Assembly (NCBI GenBank): GCA_040954595.2
Contig: CM082585.2
Span: 3,254,902-3,318,901 of the forward strand
Reading direction: 5' to 3'
Source: Balanoglossus misakiensis
Lineage: Eukaryota > Animalia > Hemichordata
DNA length: 64,000 bases
The notes under the pieces were generated by a model. That model made no database searches. It was not told where the DNA came from and was given only the letters and a program-made list of their open reading frames with translations. Positions 49,156 to 61,000 of the stretch are shown in pieces. Numbering within the stretch: the stretch's first letter is position 1; each line of letters opens with the position of its first letter. A program made the position numbers and the translations under genes.

Positions 49156-50776
49156 CATGGAAAACCCCGTGATAGCCTACTGCACCACATGTGAGATTCC
49201 TATATGAAGAACATGTACAGCTGCGAAACATCGCGAGCATGCGCACAAAAGTGTCTTACAGGTTGCCGAGGCTGACCAGAATCTCTTGAAATTCCTGGCG
49301 CGAGAACTGAAGCAAGCGCAGCGGACAGTTGTCGCTCGGAAGAAGGTTCGAATAAAACGTTCCAGGACTTGGAATCCTTCAAGGGTGATGTCGAATCACA
49401 GATTGAGCAGCACGCGCAGCAATTCATTGAGGGTTTTTTTCCCAGAAGCAGGTGAAGTTAAAAGGCGAGCAGGAAAGCGTCGTCAAACAACGGCAGCATG
49501 CGATCAAATCACGGCTTGAAATCCCCGAAGATGACAGTCGGTCGCTGACCAGTGCACTGAAGTTGACGGATATGGGGTGAGATCCCCGCCAAAACTAAAA
49601 TATGATTAGTTGCCGCATTATTAGTAGGTGAACAATTTCAAATCGTTCACCTACTAATAATTTAATTAGCACCTAATCATAAAGCTCCTAATAATTCAGC
49701 ACCAAATTTTTCACATACTGATAATTCGGCACCAAATCATAAACCTGCAAATAATTCACCACTAAGTCGTTCACCTGCTAATAAATCGGCACCTAATCAT
49801 AAACCTGCAAATAATTCAGCACCAAATTTTTCACCTACTAATAATGCGGCACCTAATCATAACGCTGCTAATAATTCAGCATCAAATATTTTACCTACTA
49901 ATAATCAGCATCTATGCAAATATAAAATGTTTAGCAAATAATGATAAAAATAGTCAATAATACTAAATAGCAAAAAGCATAAATCGAATTATTTTAGTTT
50001 TGGCGGGGATCTCACCCAATAGACGGAGGGCGTAGTGCAGTCAGCCGGACTACATTGTGGTCTGTCGACCAACAAGGCGGTACATCGGCACGTCAATTAC
50101 CTGCTGATGAAGAGATGCATTTTCACCGATGAAATCCCCACTGTGAGTTTCGTACCAAATTTGGAATTCGTCGAACATGCAGAATCCACATTTTCCTGAC
50201 TGTAAACCGGAAAGACGAGCTGGTAGTTGCAGACGAGGACAGTCACCTGCTGAGAACCTTCGGCCACGACGAGCGCCTCAAACCAGACGGTGTCGTGCTG
50301 ACACGAGACGGGTTCGTCGTCGTCAGCGATTTGCAGAAGACGGCCACTACCTCAGGAAGTACACGCTTGACGGGCGACACGTAGCGACGTGCGGAAAAAG
50401 TGGCAGCGGCCCCGGGGAGTTCAACTGTCCATCCTCGCTGGCAGTAGTAACCAGTCACAACCAGATTCTTGTCTCTGATGGCGATAACAATCGAATCCAC
50501 ATTCTGAACACGGATGGACGCTACGTATCTTCGTTCGGCAGCAATTATTTGAGCGGGTCTGGTGGGATCGAAATGGATCAGGACGACAACGTGTACGTCT
50601 GAGACGCCGCCGCCAAAGTTTTGAGGTTCGACAAACGCGGGAAATTTCTGGAGACAGTCGTCCAAGAAGGTGATATTGTTCCTTTCTACGTCGCGGTCAG
50701 GAGAACAAAACCGGCGTTCCTGGCAATCAGCGAAGGTTGCAACAACGTTGTCAAAGTTGTCACACTGCAAAGGTGA
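49156..50776 (+). pseudogene. TRIM-NHL pseudogene copy 3 (B-box, coiled coil, NHL)
   Basis: AYCTTCEIPI*RTCTAAKHREH (B-box with a Cys-to-stop change), helical region, NHL ILVSDGDNNRIHIL. Stops, frameshifts and a MITE insertion. Confidence 0.8.
49571..50021. mobile_element. IS3EU-like MITE with internal minisatellite
   Basis: 32-bp TIR TATGGGGTGAGATCCCCGCCAAAACTAAAATA (1 mismatch), 6-bp TSD GACGGA, internal ~30-bp repeats (CACCTACTAATAATTCAGCACCAAAT-like). Confidence 0.8.
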
Positions 50777-51106
50777 ATGCACGTGAACGATTCGCAATCC
50801 CAACTGTCTAGCACACTTCATTTGTGGCACTTCATGCAACAGTGTCGCCATTGTTTTAAACTTCCCGCGTGCTCTTCTCTTTTGATGCTTTTTTCCGCTA
50901 TCACATATTGGCTTGGCTCCGGCTTCAAGTAGCCACACGATAGACCAGAAGTCTCGTGCCGGTAACCGCCACACTGAATACTTGCGATACATTAGGGTAC
51001 AGGACAAGAAACTTGATGACATGTGTACAACACAAACTAAAGTACTGCAAACAATGTACAGCCAATGGGTTTCAATGGGAACTAGCTGTATGTAATTTGG
51101 GCCGTT

Positions 51107-53457
51107 TTTAGCTCACGTGAAAATCACGTGAGCTTATGGTTTAGCGATGTCTGTGTGTGTGTATGTATGTATGTGTGTGTGTGTGTGTGTCTGTCTGTAT
51201 ACCCGATATCTCAAGAACCGCTGAACCGATTTCCACCAAATTTAGTACACAGGTTCAGATATCATATGGCAAGAACTGAAAAGGTTTTGGTGGGTGTGGC
51301 TTTGATATTAATGAAGTTATTTAAGTTTTAATTTTTCTATTACATGGTTGTCTATGTGAGCTTTCGTTAATGCCGCATATATGACCAGTGGAAACGATAG
51401 TTTGAGGAGATCGACTGTTTGAGGGCGCTGTGAAATGAGACATTCTTGGCGATATTGCCGTTGTTCTGTCCATGCTCAGACGCTGTACCCGTCGTTACGA
51501 ATAACTTCCCTACGTGAATCCACAAGGAAGCTAACGTTGTTTAGTTGCTTCATAGAGCGTAAATTGTTAATCTACAGGACCGTCAGACGAATACTCTTTT
51601 CAAATGAAGTTTGAAACTACTTACGAGTAAGTTAGTGGAGACAATATGGCGGATAGTTGGCGTGCAGCCGAATCCGCGTTATGACTATGACGTGACCCAT
51701 TCATCAAGACAAACCGTAAATGATTCACGCATATTGTGGTCCTCACGCAGTCAATCTCAAAATGTCACCAGGCTTTCTATTTGTCTATTGTTCAGAGAAA
51801 AATAACGTGGCGGTTGATCACACTCAACAGTAAAATCCGTTTTGTGAATTTATAGACAGTCTGTTATCGCCAATACTATATAGCGATTGCTAGATGGCCT
51901 ACCCAATATGTGATCGAGCGAGAATGATAACATTGAATGTCTGTTCAGATCTCATTCCGTACGTCATACGTCAACATTTCGATTTCGATTTAATCCATTC
52001 ATAAAGAATTTAGAGAAAGTCGTCTTGAATTGTGACCCCGATTATCAATTTTACGATGATTTTTTGGCGACGGAATACACGAGACGCCATTGCATAACTA
52101 CGTCAGCTGGACTTCCAAGGTTACCATTTTGTGTGTATGGAATCTTATCACAGAGACTACGTACTTTGACAATATGCCATGCTATATCAATGACGCCCCA
52201 GAAAATTTGTCGAAAAATGAATTTGTCTTCTCATGGTGGTGCAATATATTTTAATGTCTATTTTGAGGTTGATTTTGGTTTTTGGCTAACATGTATATCA
52301 ATGTCAGCTTATAGCATAAGTTGGTGTCCGTCGTCTATGTATGTCTGTATGTGTGCCTCATACAGAATTATGTATTTTGCGAATGGATCAGTTTCGTCTA
52401 AATGTATTGATGTATGTATGTGTATGTCCATCAACATCAAAAACTTGAAACTACTGATATTTAGTGTGTACATAGAAATTGTTTTTGCGAAAAAATGCAT
52501 ACTGGTATTAACTGGAAAAATGTTCAAATAGTCAAAATTGAAAAACTTAATAACAGCGGATCAGATTCAGTTAAAAATTGGCGTGCATTGGTGTGCAAGT
52601 ACTATGGGAAGACCTCGTATGATTTTGTTCAGGTGGAGTCAGTATCTGGCGTTTGCTATTTTTCATGAATTTTGGGGGGAATTTTCTGCAGTTTTGTTAA
52701 ACAAATTTCTTCTCTGAAATTACATGTCCACTTGATGGGAAACTTGATATGGAGGTTCATAGGGCTTACCTGAATCACATTTGTGCAAACGGTGGTGAAA
52801 TTTGCAAAAATGCATTTTTGGGCAATATTTCCTGTTTTTGTCAAAAAATCAAATCCCGTGAAACTGTAAGTGCAATTGTTTTGATACTTTGTATTTGGGT
52901 TTCTAGGGGTGATCTCAGTCAGATATGATCAAATTGTAAAGAAATGTGCATAATTGTATTTTTTGGGAATTCTGCAGGGTTTGGCAAAATAGTCTTCAGT
53001 AAAACCACAAGTCCAATTGATTGGAAACTTTGAATGGGAATTCATATATGTGATATCAGTCAGATTTGTCTGAGTTACCTGTTGTTTGCCAAAATGTCTT
53101 CCTTATTGAAACTTGTTAAAGAGGTTCTTAGGCATGAACAGAAATCAGATTTGTTGAAATCTGGTGAAATATTCATACTTTTTGGTATATTTCTTGCCAT
53201 TTTTGATCAACGAGTTTTAGAATTCTATAGACTTATCTTTTTATGCAGTTCAGGATGGGGTACATGACTCACAACCCCTTACAAAAATTGACAAGGCAAC
53301 AATTCCACAAACATGTTTACATTTCACAATGGTGCAACACACAACCCTTACACCATATACACTATAAACCAAATTGGTTTAACACTGGTTTTTCTAATCT
53401 TGTTATTCTGTCAACTTATCACAGTACTGCACGTGAGCATATTCAGTTAATATCTGG
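51107..53457 (+). mobile_element. Helentron-associated non-autonomous element (HINE/DINE-1-like)
   Basis: Inserted in a T-run (empty paralogue ~32545) with no TSD. 5' AGCTCACGTG...CACGTGAGCT, (GT)/(CTGT) microsatellite, 3' subterminal CACGTGAGC. Confidence 0.75.
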
Positions 53458-55405
53458 TTCAACATTTATATCTGCGTGCATTTTATCCCTCTGTTTTTGC
53501 CACGTGATGACAAACTGTGCATTTTCTGCTTTCTCAACAAATCGTGTATAGCCATTATTCTTGACTCGTGAATCCAAGTTTAGTTCGGACTTAAATTTAA
53601 ATTTGAACAATAAAAAGTCTCCCAGTTTGGCCAAATATGCCTTATCATGGACGCTGCCGAAACTTCACATTGAATTGGAACTGCTCAAGAAGATGTAGAC
53701 AATCAAGGAAAAATAGATCACGCATTTCTTTTCGCCATTCTTCATGTGCGGCCACCACCTTAAATTATTTTATGTCTTTGTTTCCCTGATTAAATTTTGT
53801 ACTGCTTCAATATCCGCATTGCCTCGATGTTTTACGTTTATATATATATTCCTTACATCTATTTTACTCAATATAAATACAAATAAACAAATCACTAGTG
53901 TTCCTGGAAGAGACAATCTCCACAATAAAAATGCGTGGTGAAATTATCGCCAATAAATATGTTTAAATCAAAATGTACAATTTCTGTGCACTCGATGTGT
54001 ACCTCTTATACCCCTGGTTAAATTTTATCTGACCTGCCTTCTCTGTGGGGTCTATGATATCCATGGGTTGGTGCAGTTGGCATTTGGGGTTACCAAAGTT
54101 TACCGCGCTCAATTGGACTTTGTAAATAAGGCATAAATAATATTTCAATCAATTACATTGACAGTTTTTCAGTTGTGGGGGGACACTCCCACCTCTACTA
54201 GAGACGCCATGTTCTCTTTTACAAGTTACACGTACCATTTTGACGCTGCCATCTTTTTGGGTTATTCTTTTTTAATGAAGCAAGTAGGATAAATACACGT
54301 TTTGTAAAGGTAGGAATATCATATTATGTTCGATTAGAGTGCTCATGTTAACGTATCGAAGGGTTCATTTTACATTGGACGCGGCAGACTCTTTGCATAT
54401 TCTAGTGGTTTATAGATAAGGTTGTTTTACACCTCATTGACCAGATTATCGCACATATGCTGTAAAGCCCGATGAAGTTAAGGAACCCCACTTAGGAACC
54501 GTTCAGTTTTTACGGCTGGGTGGCCGGCAAGTTTGTGTCATCGGTTTTCAAAATCAGGCTGACCCCCCCCCCTTCACCCATGACCAAAAAATGATGACCC
54601 CCATTTGATAGGAAAATCAAGGAAAATTAGATCACGCATTTTGTTCCGCCATTCTTTATTTGTGGCCATCACCTTGAATTATTTTATATCTTTGTTTTCC
54701 TGATTAAATATTGTACTGCTTCATTATAGGCATTGCCTCGATGTTTTACGTTTTTATTTATATTTCTTACATCTATTTTACTCAATATAAATACAAATAA
54801 ACAAATAACTAGTGTTACTTGAAGTGACAATCTCCACAATAAAAAGGCGTGGTGAAATTATCTCCGATAAATATGTTTAAATCAAAATGTGGAATTTCTG
54901 TGCACTCGATGTGTACCTCTTATACCCCTGGTTAAATTTTATCTGACCTGCCTTCTCTCTGGGGTCTATGATATGCATGGCTTGGTGCAGTTGGCATTTG
55001 GGGTTACCAAAGTTTACGGCGCTCAATTGGACTTTGTAAATAAGGCATAAATAATACTTCAATCAATTACATTGACAGTTTTTCAGTTGTGGGGGGACAC
55101 TCCCACCTCTACTAGAGACGCCATGTTCTCTTTTACAAGTTTCACGAACCATTTTGACGCTGCCATCTTTTTGGGTTATTCTCTTTTAATGAAGCAAGCA
55201 GGATAAATACACGTTTTGTAAAGGTAGGAATATCATTTTATGTGCGATTAGAGTGCTCATGTTAACATATCGAAGGGTTCATTTTCAATATTGGACGCGG
55301 CAGACACATATTCTAGTGGTGTATAGATAAGGTTGTTTTACACCACGTTGGCCAGATTATCGCACATATGCTGTAAAGCCCGATGAAGTTAAAGAACCCC
55401 ACTTA

Positions 55406-56181
55406 GGAACCGTTCAGTTTTTACGGCTGGGTGGCCGGCAAGTTTGTGTCATCGGTTTTCAAAATCAGGCTGACCCCCTCCCCCCTCTTCACCCATGAAC
55501 AAAAAATGATGACCCCCATTTGATAGGCCCAAAAATATGATGACCCCCCCCCCCCCACGCCGAAAACATTCGTTGTGATTATCCTATGTACACTGTATGC
55601 AATATAAAAGGGAATGAGGCTCCTAACACCTCAATTATAAATTTCTTAAAGTAATTAAAGTATATATCGGTATATCGTTTCAATAAAGCAATCTATGAAT
55701 AAACTAAAATGACAAGTTAATACAATACTTGCTAGAATTGGTAAAACAAGAATAGTGGCGGAGGTAAAATACAGTGCTCAAAGTTGTATTTTAATCAACT
55801 CAAAAGCAAATTAACTCAATGTTGGGGAGGACCAATTTTACTTTTGCCACTCCACTCAAAGTAAGCATCGGTGGGGTGGGGTGGCAAGTAGTCTGCCCTG
55901 GTACACTAGACAAACCAGCCAATGAATGACATGTGGCAAAGAATGGAGGGGGTGGGTGTAGAGGGGGTGTACCCATCCCACATTAGAAAATTTTGTAAAA
56001 TAAAGGGCGCGGAACTGCAATTATGTGGACTCAAAAGCAAAAGTTCGGTGGCAAAAGTATGTGACTCCCCTAAACGTTTTAAAAAAGATGACACCCCCCC
56101 CCCTTGGACTTCAAAATTTAAGTGACCCCCTCCCCCTTGGATTTTGCCGGGGCACCCCAGCCGTAAAAACTGAACGGTCCC
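55406..56181. mobile_element. PIF/Harbinger-like MITE (paralogous copy)
   Basis: TTA on both flanks; a truncated copy lies at 54495-~54612. Confidence 0.8.
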
Positions 56182-56716
56182 TTAGGAATTAATGCACACA
56201 AATTTATGTGAAGCTAAGTTCAGAGAATCACAATACACCACCTGGAACCACAATTTGTTAATCCAGATTGTACTAAAATTACTCCAGGAATTCGACGTAA
56301 AGTGAGGTGTAGAACTCTTCACGGTCAGAGTGGGTCATATTTGCCAATTTAAAGATGTTTTAACAGGAGACCCGTATTTGTCTCTGCTGATATTAAACAT
56401 GTAAGTAAACAACATTAATAGGAATGCCTTATACATAGACTTGACACCACATAATGGCATAATGGTTGTAGGCTCGGGAAGTAAATAGAGTAAAAAATGG
56501 AAAATGAGTTGAAATAACAGAACACAACAAGAATCACACCCATACAGATTTAAGGCACCGCAGGGTACTTACTGAAATGGACAAAACCCATCACGAACTG
56601 CATTGCTGTCAAATTTGACAAGACCAGTGAACCAATTAGAGAGTTTGTGTATGCTTATCTTTGACATAGGCAGAGTTGAACCTTTTTGATCAAACGTGAC
56701 AATATTTTCAGCAAAC

Positions 56717-57224
56717 TGTCATGTCTCCCAATTGAGGGTAATACACGTTCCCGGGTGATGGTGGGTGAAGGTGATGATGGTTGATGAAGAGACGGGAACA
56801 CGTGCGGAGTGTAAATGTAAACGCCGATGACTTTATTTAGAAAGGCCAGCCGTGGACATACAGGACAAGCCTGCAGTCCCGGCTGGACCAGCGGAACGAC
56901 CGCACTTCAAGAATTCTCCAACTGAACTCCACCTTTACTAAGATACAGAATCATTTTTATAACACATCAAACTGCCCGCGTGGGGTCTGTACAAAACACT
57001 ATTGTTCTTCGCCCAAGCTGAGAACAAGACAAAGACATACTTTAACATTTACAATTAATGATAGCCCAGGCTCAAAAAATTATAAAGACTCTACTTCACA
57101 GTTACAATTACAAAGTGACAAATGAAACTTGGAATGCGGGCTTTTGCATGGAGGTAACTACATTTCCAAGGTGTGAACTCTCCCGCATGGTTTGCTAAGT
57201 TTCTTACGCTGTAGGTGTGTGACA
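56717..57224 (-). mobile_element. Solo LTR, 508 bp
   Basis: TGTCA...TGACA ends, TSD AAAC, empty paralogues (TTTCAGCAAACGTTCTCC at ~34890 and ~45615), AATAAA on the minus strand. Confidence 0.9.
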
Positions 57225-58079
57225 AAACGTTCTCCACAGATATATGCAGGCACAATGTTCGCTTATACATTACGTCATCAAAGCGTGCTCACATGCTTCT
57301 TTTCATTGTATTTCAAATTGATTATTAAAGCCTCAGTATTTCTCGTTTGGGCATAATTTTGTTTGAAACGGCATCTATAATTTCTAAAAGTAGATGATAA
57401 TTGATACTGAATCGAACAGTCATCATCCCCAGCTCTGCTCATAAACACATACAATTTGCAATATAACAAGTGAAGATTGACTTTCTGTCCGGACAGAAAG
57501 TCACGTGAGTTAGGCTATTGTTGACACATGGAATGCAACGTAATAACACTACTGCGCATTCGCACTCAAATGTACACAAGTTTCAGCAAACAGCAACTGC
57601 GCGGCGACCACGTCCGCGTCCATAGGGTCAAACTTCGGTTCGTGTCATGCCTCTTTATAGGCCAAACTGAATAAGTATTAAGAATTCTTATCTCAAGTGG
57701 CAAAATAATAAATGTAAATCAGAGCAGACACGCGATAACACGAAACAAAAATTGTTTCGTTGTATTATTCAGGTGTGATGGACTTGACAGTGGTACTTTA
57801 CCCAAATTGACATATTAAATCGCAGTTCACACTTTTTTCGGTATTTGGCACAGACCTGATGTGTGTTACGTTGAGACAAACAACCAGTAAACTCTTAACA
57901 ATAATCATATCAACATAAAGATACTAAAATAACCAAAATAATGCTAAAAATGAAACTACGAAATATCTTAATGATCTTAATAAAACCTAGAAGAATCACA
58001 CAAAAACTGTTTGAATAACAACATGAACGTGTAATGACATCAAGAATCTTACCTTTTGACGTGACAGATCTATACAAGA

Positions 58080-61000
58080 ATGGGTGACAACGAGGGTGCA
58101 GCACAACCCGGCGTGTTGTTTGTTTCTAGTTCCTGGAATACAAATCAACGTGGTCTCCCTGACTTCCACAGAGCTCTAGTGAAAGATTTCTCTGCACGAA
58201 AAGGCAACAAATATAAGATGTATACAACTACCCTCGATGTTAAAGTAGGGAAGGAAGATGAGGAAGACGCAAATAAAGCGGACATTACCCTGATTTCAGC
58301 AACAAGACTTCCGAGACGAACTGAGGATCCTGTCAACCTCAATTGGCTTATCTACCATAAGGTTCACTATGAGCACCTCAACAAATTAAAGAACATTCAG
58401 TATGTGGTTGGGTATGCTCCGGAAACTGCTGATGCTGCTGCCGACATCCAAAAAACTCTCTTCCGCAAAGCAAAACTATACCAGATTAACCATGAACAGC
58501 CTCGCTATTTGCCTGATAACAAGCGTGCAAACATGGAGAAAAAAATGCTCGAAATTGCTCTTGAAGCTGATGTTGTCGCATCAATCGGTCCAAGTATGTA
58601 CGACCACTACAGTAATGCATACAGAGCTATGGATAAGGAAACACCCCATATTAAACTTTTACCAAAGACTACAGATACATTTTCAAGCAAAGAAGTCAAG
58701 TTACAGAAACATATTCGGCAACATTCAATATTAACATACGGAGGCATAGACACATCCGAGAAACTGGCTGAGACAGTTGCAGCGTCCATTGGTCACATTG
58801 GAAACACACGAGATGGTAAACCACCCAATTGGACAATACTTGATGTTCCAACAGAGAAAGTCAAAAGTATAGGTTTATTCTTGACCGAGAAGATGAAAAG
58901 TGAGAGAGTGAAGCCATCGTTTCCGCCTGAGTGCACTTCCAAGGAACTCGTAACACGTCTTTGTCAATGTCATCTCTGCATTGTGATTACATGTAATCAA
59001 TGCCGTGGATTCGAAGGTTTAGAAGCCATGACAACTGGGGTTCCTACCTTCGTCGATGAAGGATCCGAACTCGGTGATTTGATAAGCTCAGAGTTCAGAT
59101 ACCATTCCGATTACTTTGTCGTTCGTCCTGACCAATGGGAAAACAAGATCAAGCTTGTTCTGGAAAATACGGATATTGCTTTCAAAAAGGCAGCTGCACT
59201 GAAATCAGACTTGATTGAGAGTACAACGACAGAGGACAGCTTTGCGAGGTTTGCATCTTTGTTTTCCGATGGGACAGCGCCATCTCCAGGTAAGCAGCAA
59301 GTAATACCCACCCCCACATTCTTATTTGGTACACATTGTTATACCTGCTTATTAATGATCAATCTCAGCGATTTGCTCATGTAATATACTCAAAGTGTTG
59401 TTTTGAAACAGCTTGGACTGACGAAACCAGCTACGAAGTGATAATGCGATAGGAGAATCCAATGACAATTAAAGCTGCTAGCAGCATGGAAGCGGCCCGA
59501 GCAAATAGAGATAATCATGACAAATCCATTGCATCAAATGGTATGGAGTGTAATTCATGCCAAAATTAGCACCAAGCTTTTCGATGAGAGCACTAAAGCT
59601 TTTCGATGAGAGTACCTCAGCTTTTCGATGAGAGCACCCTCTTTTCGATGAGAGCATCCGCTTTTCGATGAGAGCACCAAGCTTTTCGATCAGAGCACTA
59701 AAGCTTTTCGATGAGAGTACCTCAGCTTTTCGATGAGAGCACCCTCTGTTCGATGAGAGTACCTCAGCTTTTCGATGAGAGTATTCACTTTTCGATGAGA
59801 GTACCCGCTTTTCGATGAGAGTACCCGCTTTTCGATGAGAGTACCTCAGCTTTTCGATGAGAGCACCCTCTTTTCGATTAAAGAGCACCCCTCTTTTCGA
59901 TCAGAGCACCCCAGACGCCCTAGATCACTAAAGAGTTTTTACAACTCGGCCCGCTGGCGTTTTTCCTACGTCACAACGCGTCATGGCTACGTCACATCGC
60001 GTCACTGGATTTTCCATCAAATTTATAGTAATATGCTAGGGAGATCAGTAAACCGGAAGGTCAAACTTTGACCATGTGCATGGGAAACGGCTTCAAAACA
60101 CGAACCGTTCATCGTGTTGACGCCAGGCCGGAGAAGTGGTTCAGCAGAGAACCAAAACGGGCCAGTAGATTGAGGAAAATAGCACAGAATCTCGAGTTCA
60201 TGGAATCTGAGCAACTCCAAATAGAACAACAAACAATTCTAAAAGAAAAAAAAGTTGAAAAATCGGTAAAAGTTAGTTTCTAGGGCTTAAATGTTTTGTA
60301 TATTTATTTAACAGGGGTCGAAATTAAGCTTCGCCCGATTGCCCGGGGCAACTATATATTGATACACGGCAAGTAAATTGTCAACCTTACATGCCCAATC
60401 GGACAGCCAAAAAATGACAGAAGCTTTTTTTTGAAAGGCAAGCCACGAGCGGTTCTAAAATAAACTTCCATAATAACATGTACACTTGACGCGTTCCAGT
60501 CAAAGCAGACCTAAAATGTATCAATTTGTAAGCATAAAATTAACCCATTCAAAATATTCAAATTAGAAAAGACGCATATGCATTCTTGGCGTCCCCAGAG
60601 ACACACAAAGGGCAAGTGCGGCCCTGGACACAAGATGAAAGAGATGATACGGGGGGGGGGGGGGGGTCGGCAACGGTCCACTTTGTGCAGTGAACTCACG
60701 TTGATCTTTGCAAAATAAATGACGTTATTTTCTTGTAAAATCCAACCCGTGCATTTGATCACTGGGCTACGTCCACGACGGCAAGCAAATTGGGCGTCCA
60801 TACTGTCAAAGTTTCAAAACTTTAAACTTCCGGGTCACCGCTATAAGACCCCCTAAGCACACCCCAGTAGACCTGAATACTCTCATCGAAAAGCTTGGTG
60901 CTCTCATCGAAAAGCGGGTGCTCCTATCGAAAAGTGGGATGGTAACTCTGATCAAAAAGCTAGGTGCTCTTATCGAAAACCTTGGGTGCTCTTATCGAAA

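Larger units (their letters stand above)
30230..57810 (+). repeat. Tandem segmental duplication, about four partial units each independently invaded or deleted
   Basis: Shared blocks recur at ~30230/35300/45995, ~32810/53700/54615, ~33590/36405/54495/55406 and ~34370/37180/56185. Confidence 0.9.

Noticed and set aside
49620-49910. CRISPR-like array
   Set aside because: Contiguous degenerate units without unique spacers, inside a TIR element; no cas genes.
59290-59384. C-terminal 30 aa of the 434-aa ORF
   Set aside because: Intron read-through; a strong donor CAG|GTAAGC at 59289/59290 splices in phase to 62011.
59478-59910. CRISPR-like array or repetitive ORF (ALIEK/SHRK)
   Set aside because: Subterminal repeats of a foldback element, mirrored at 60880-61215; no spacers.
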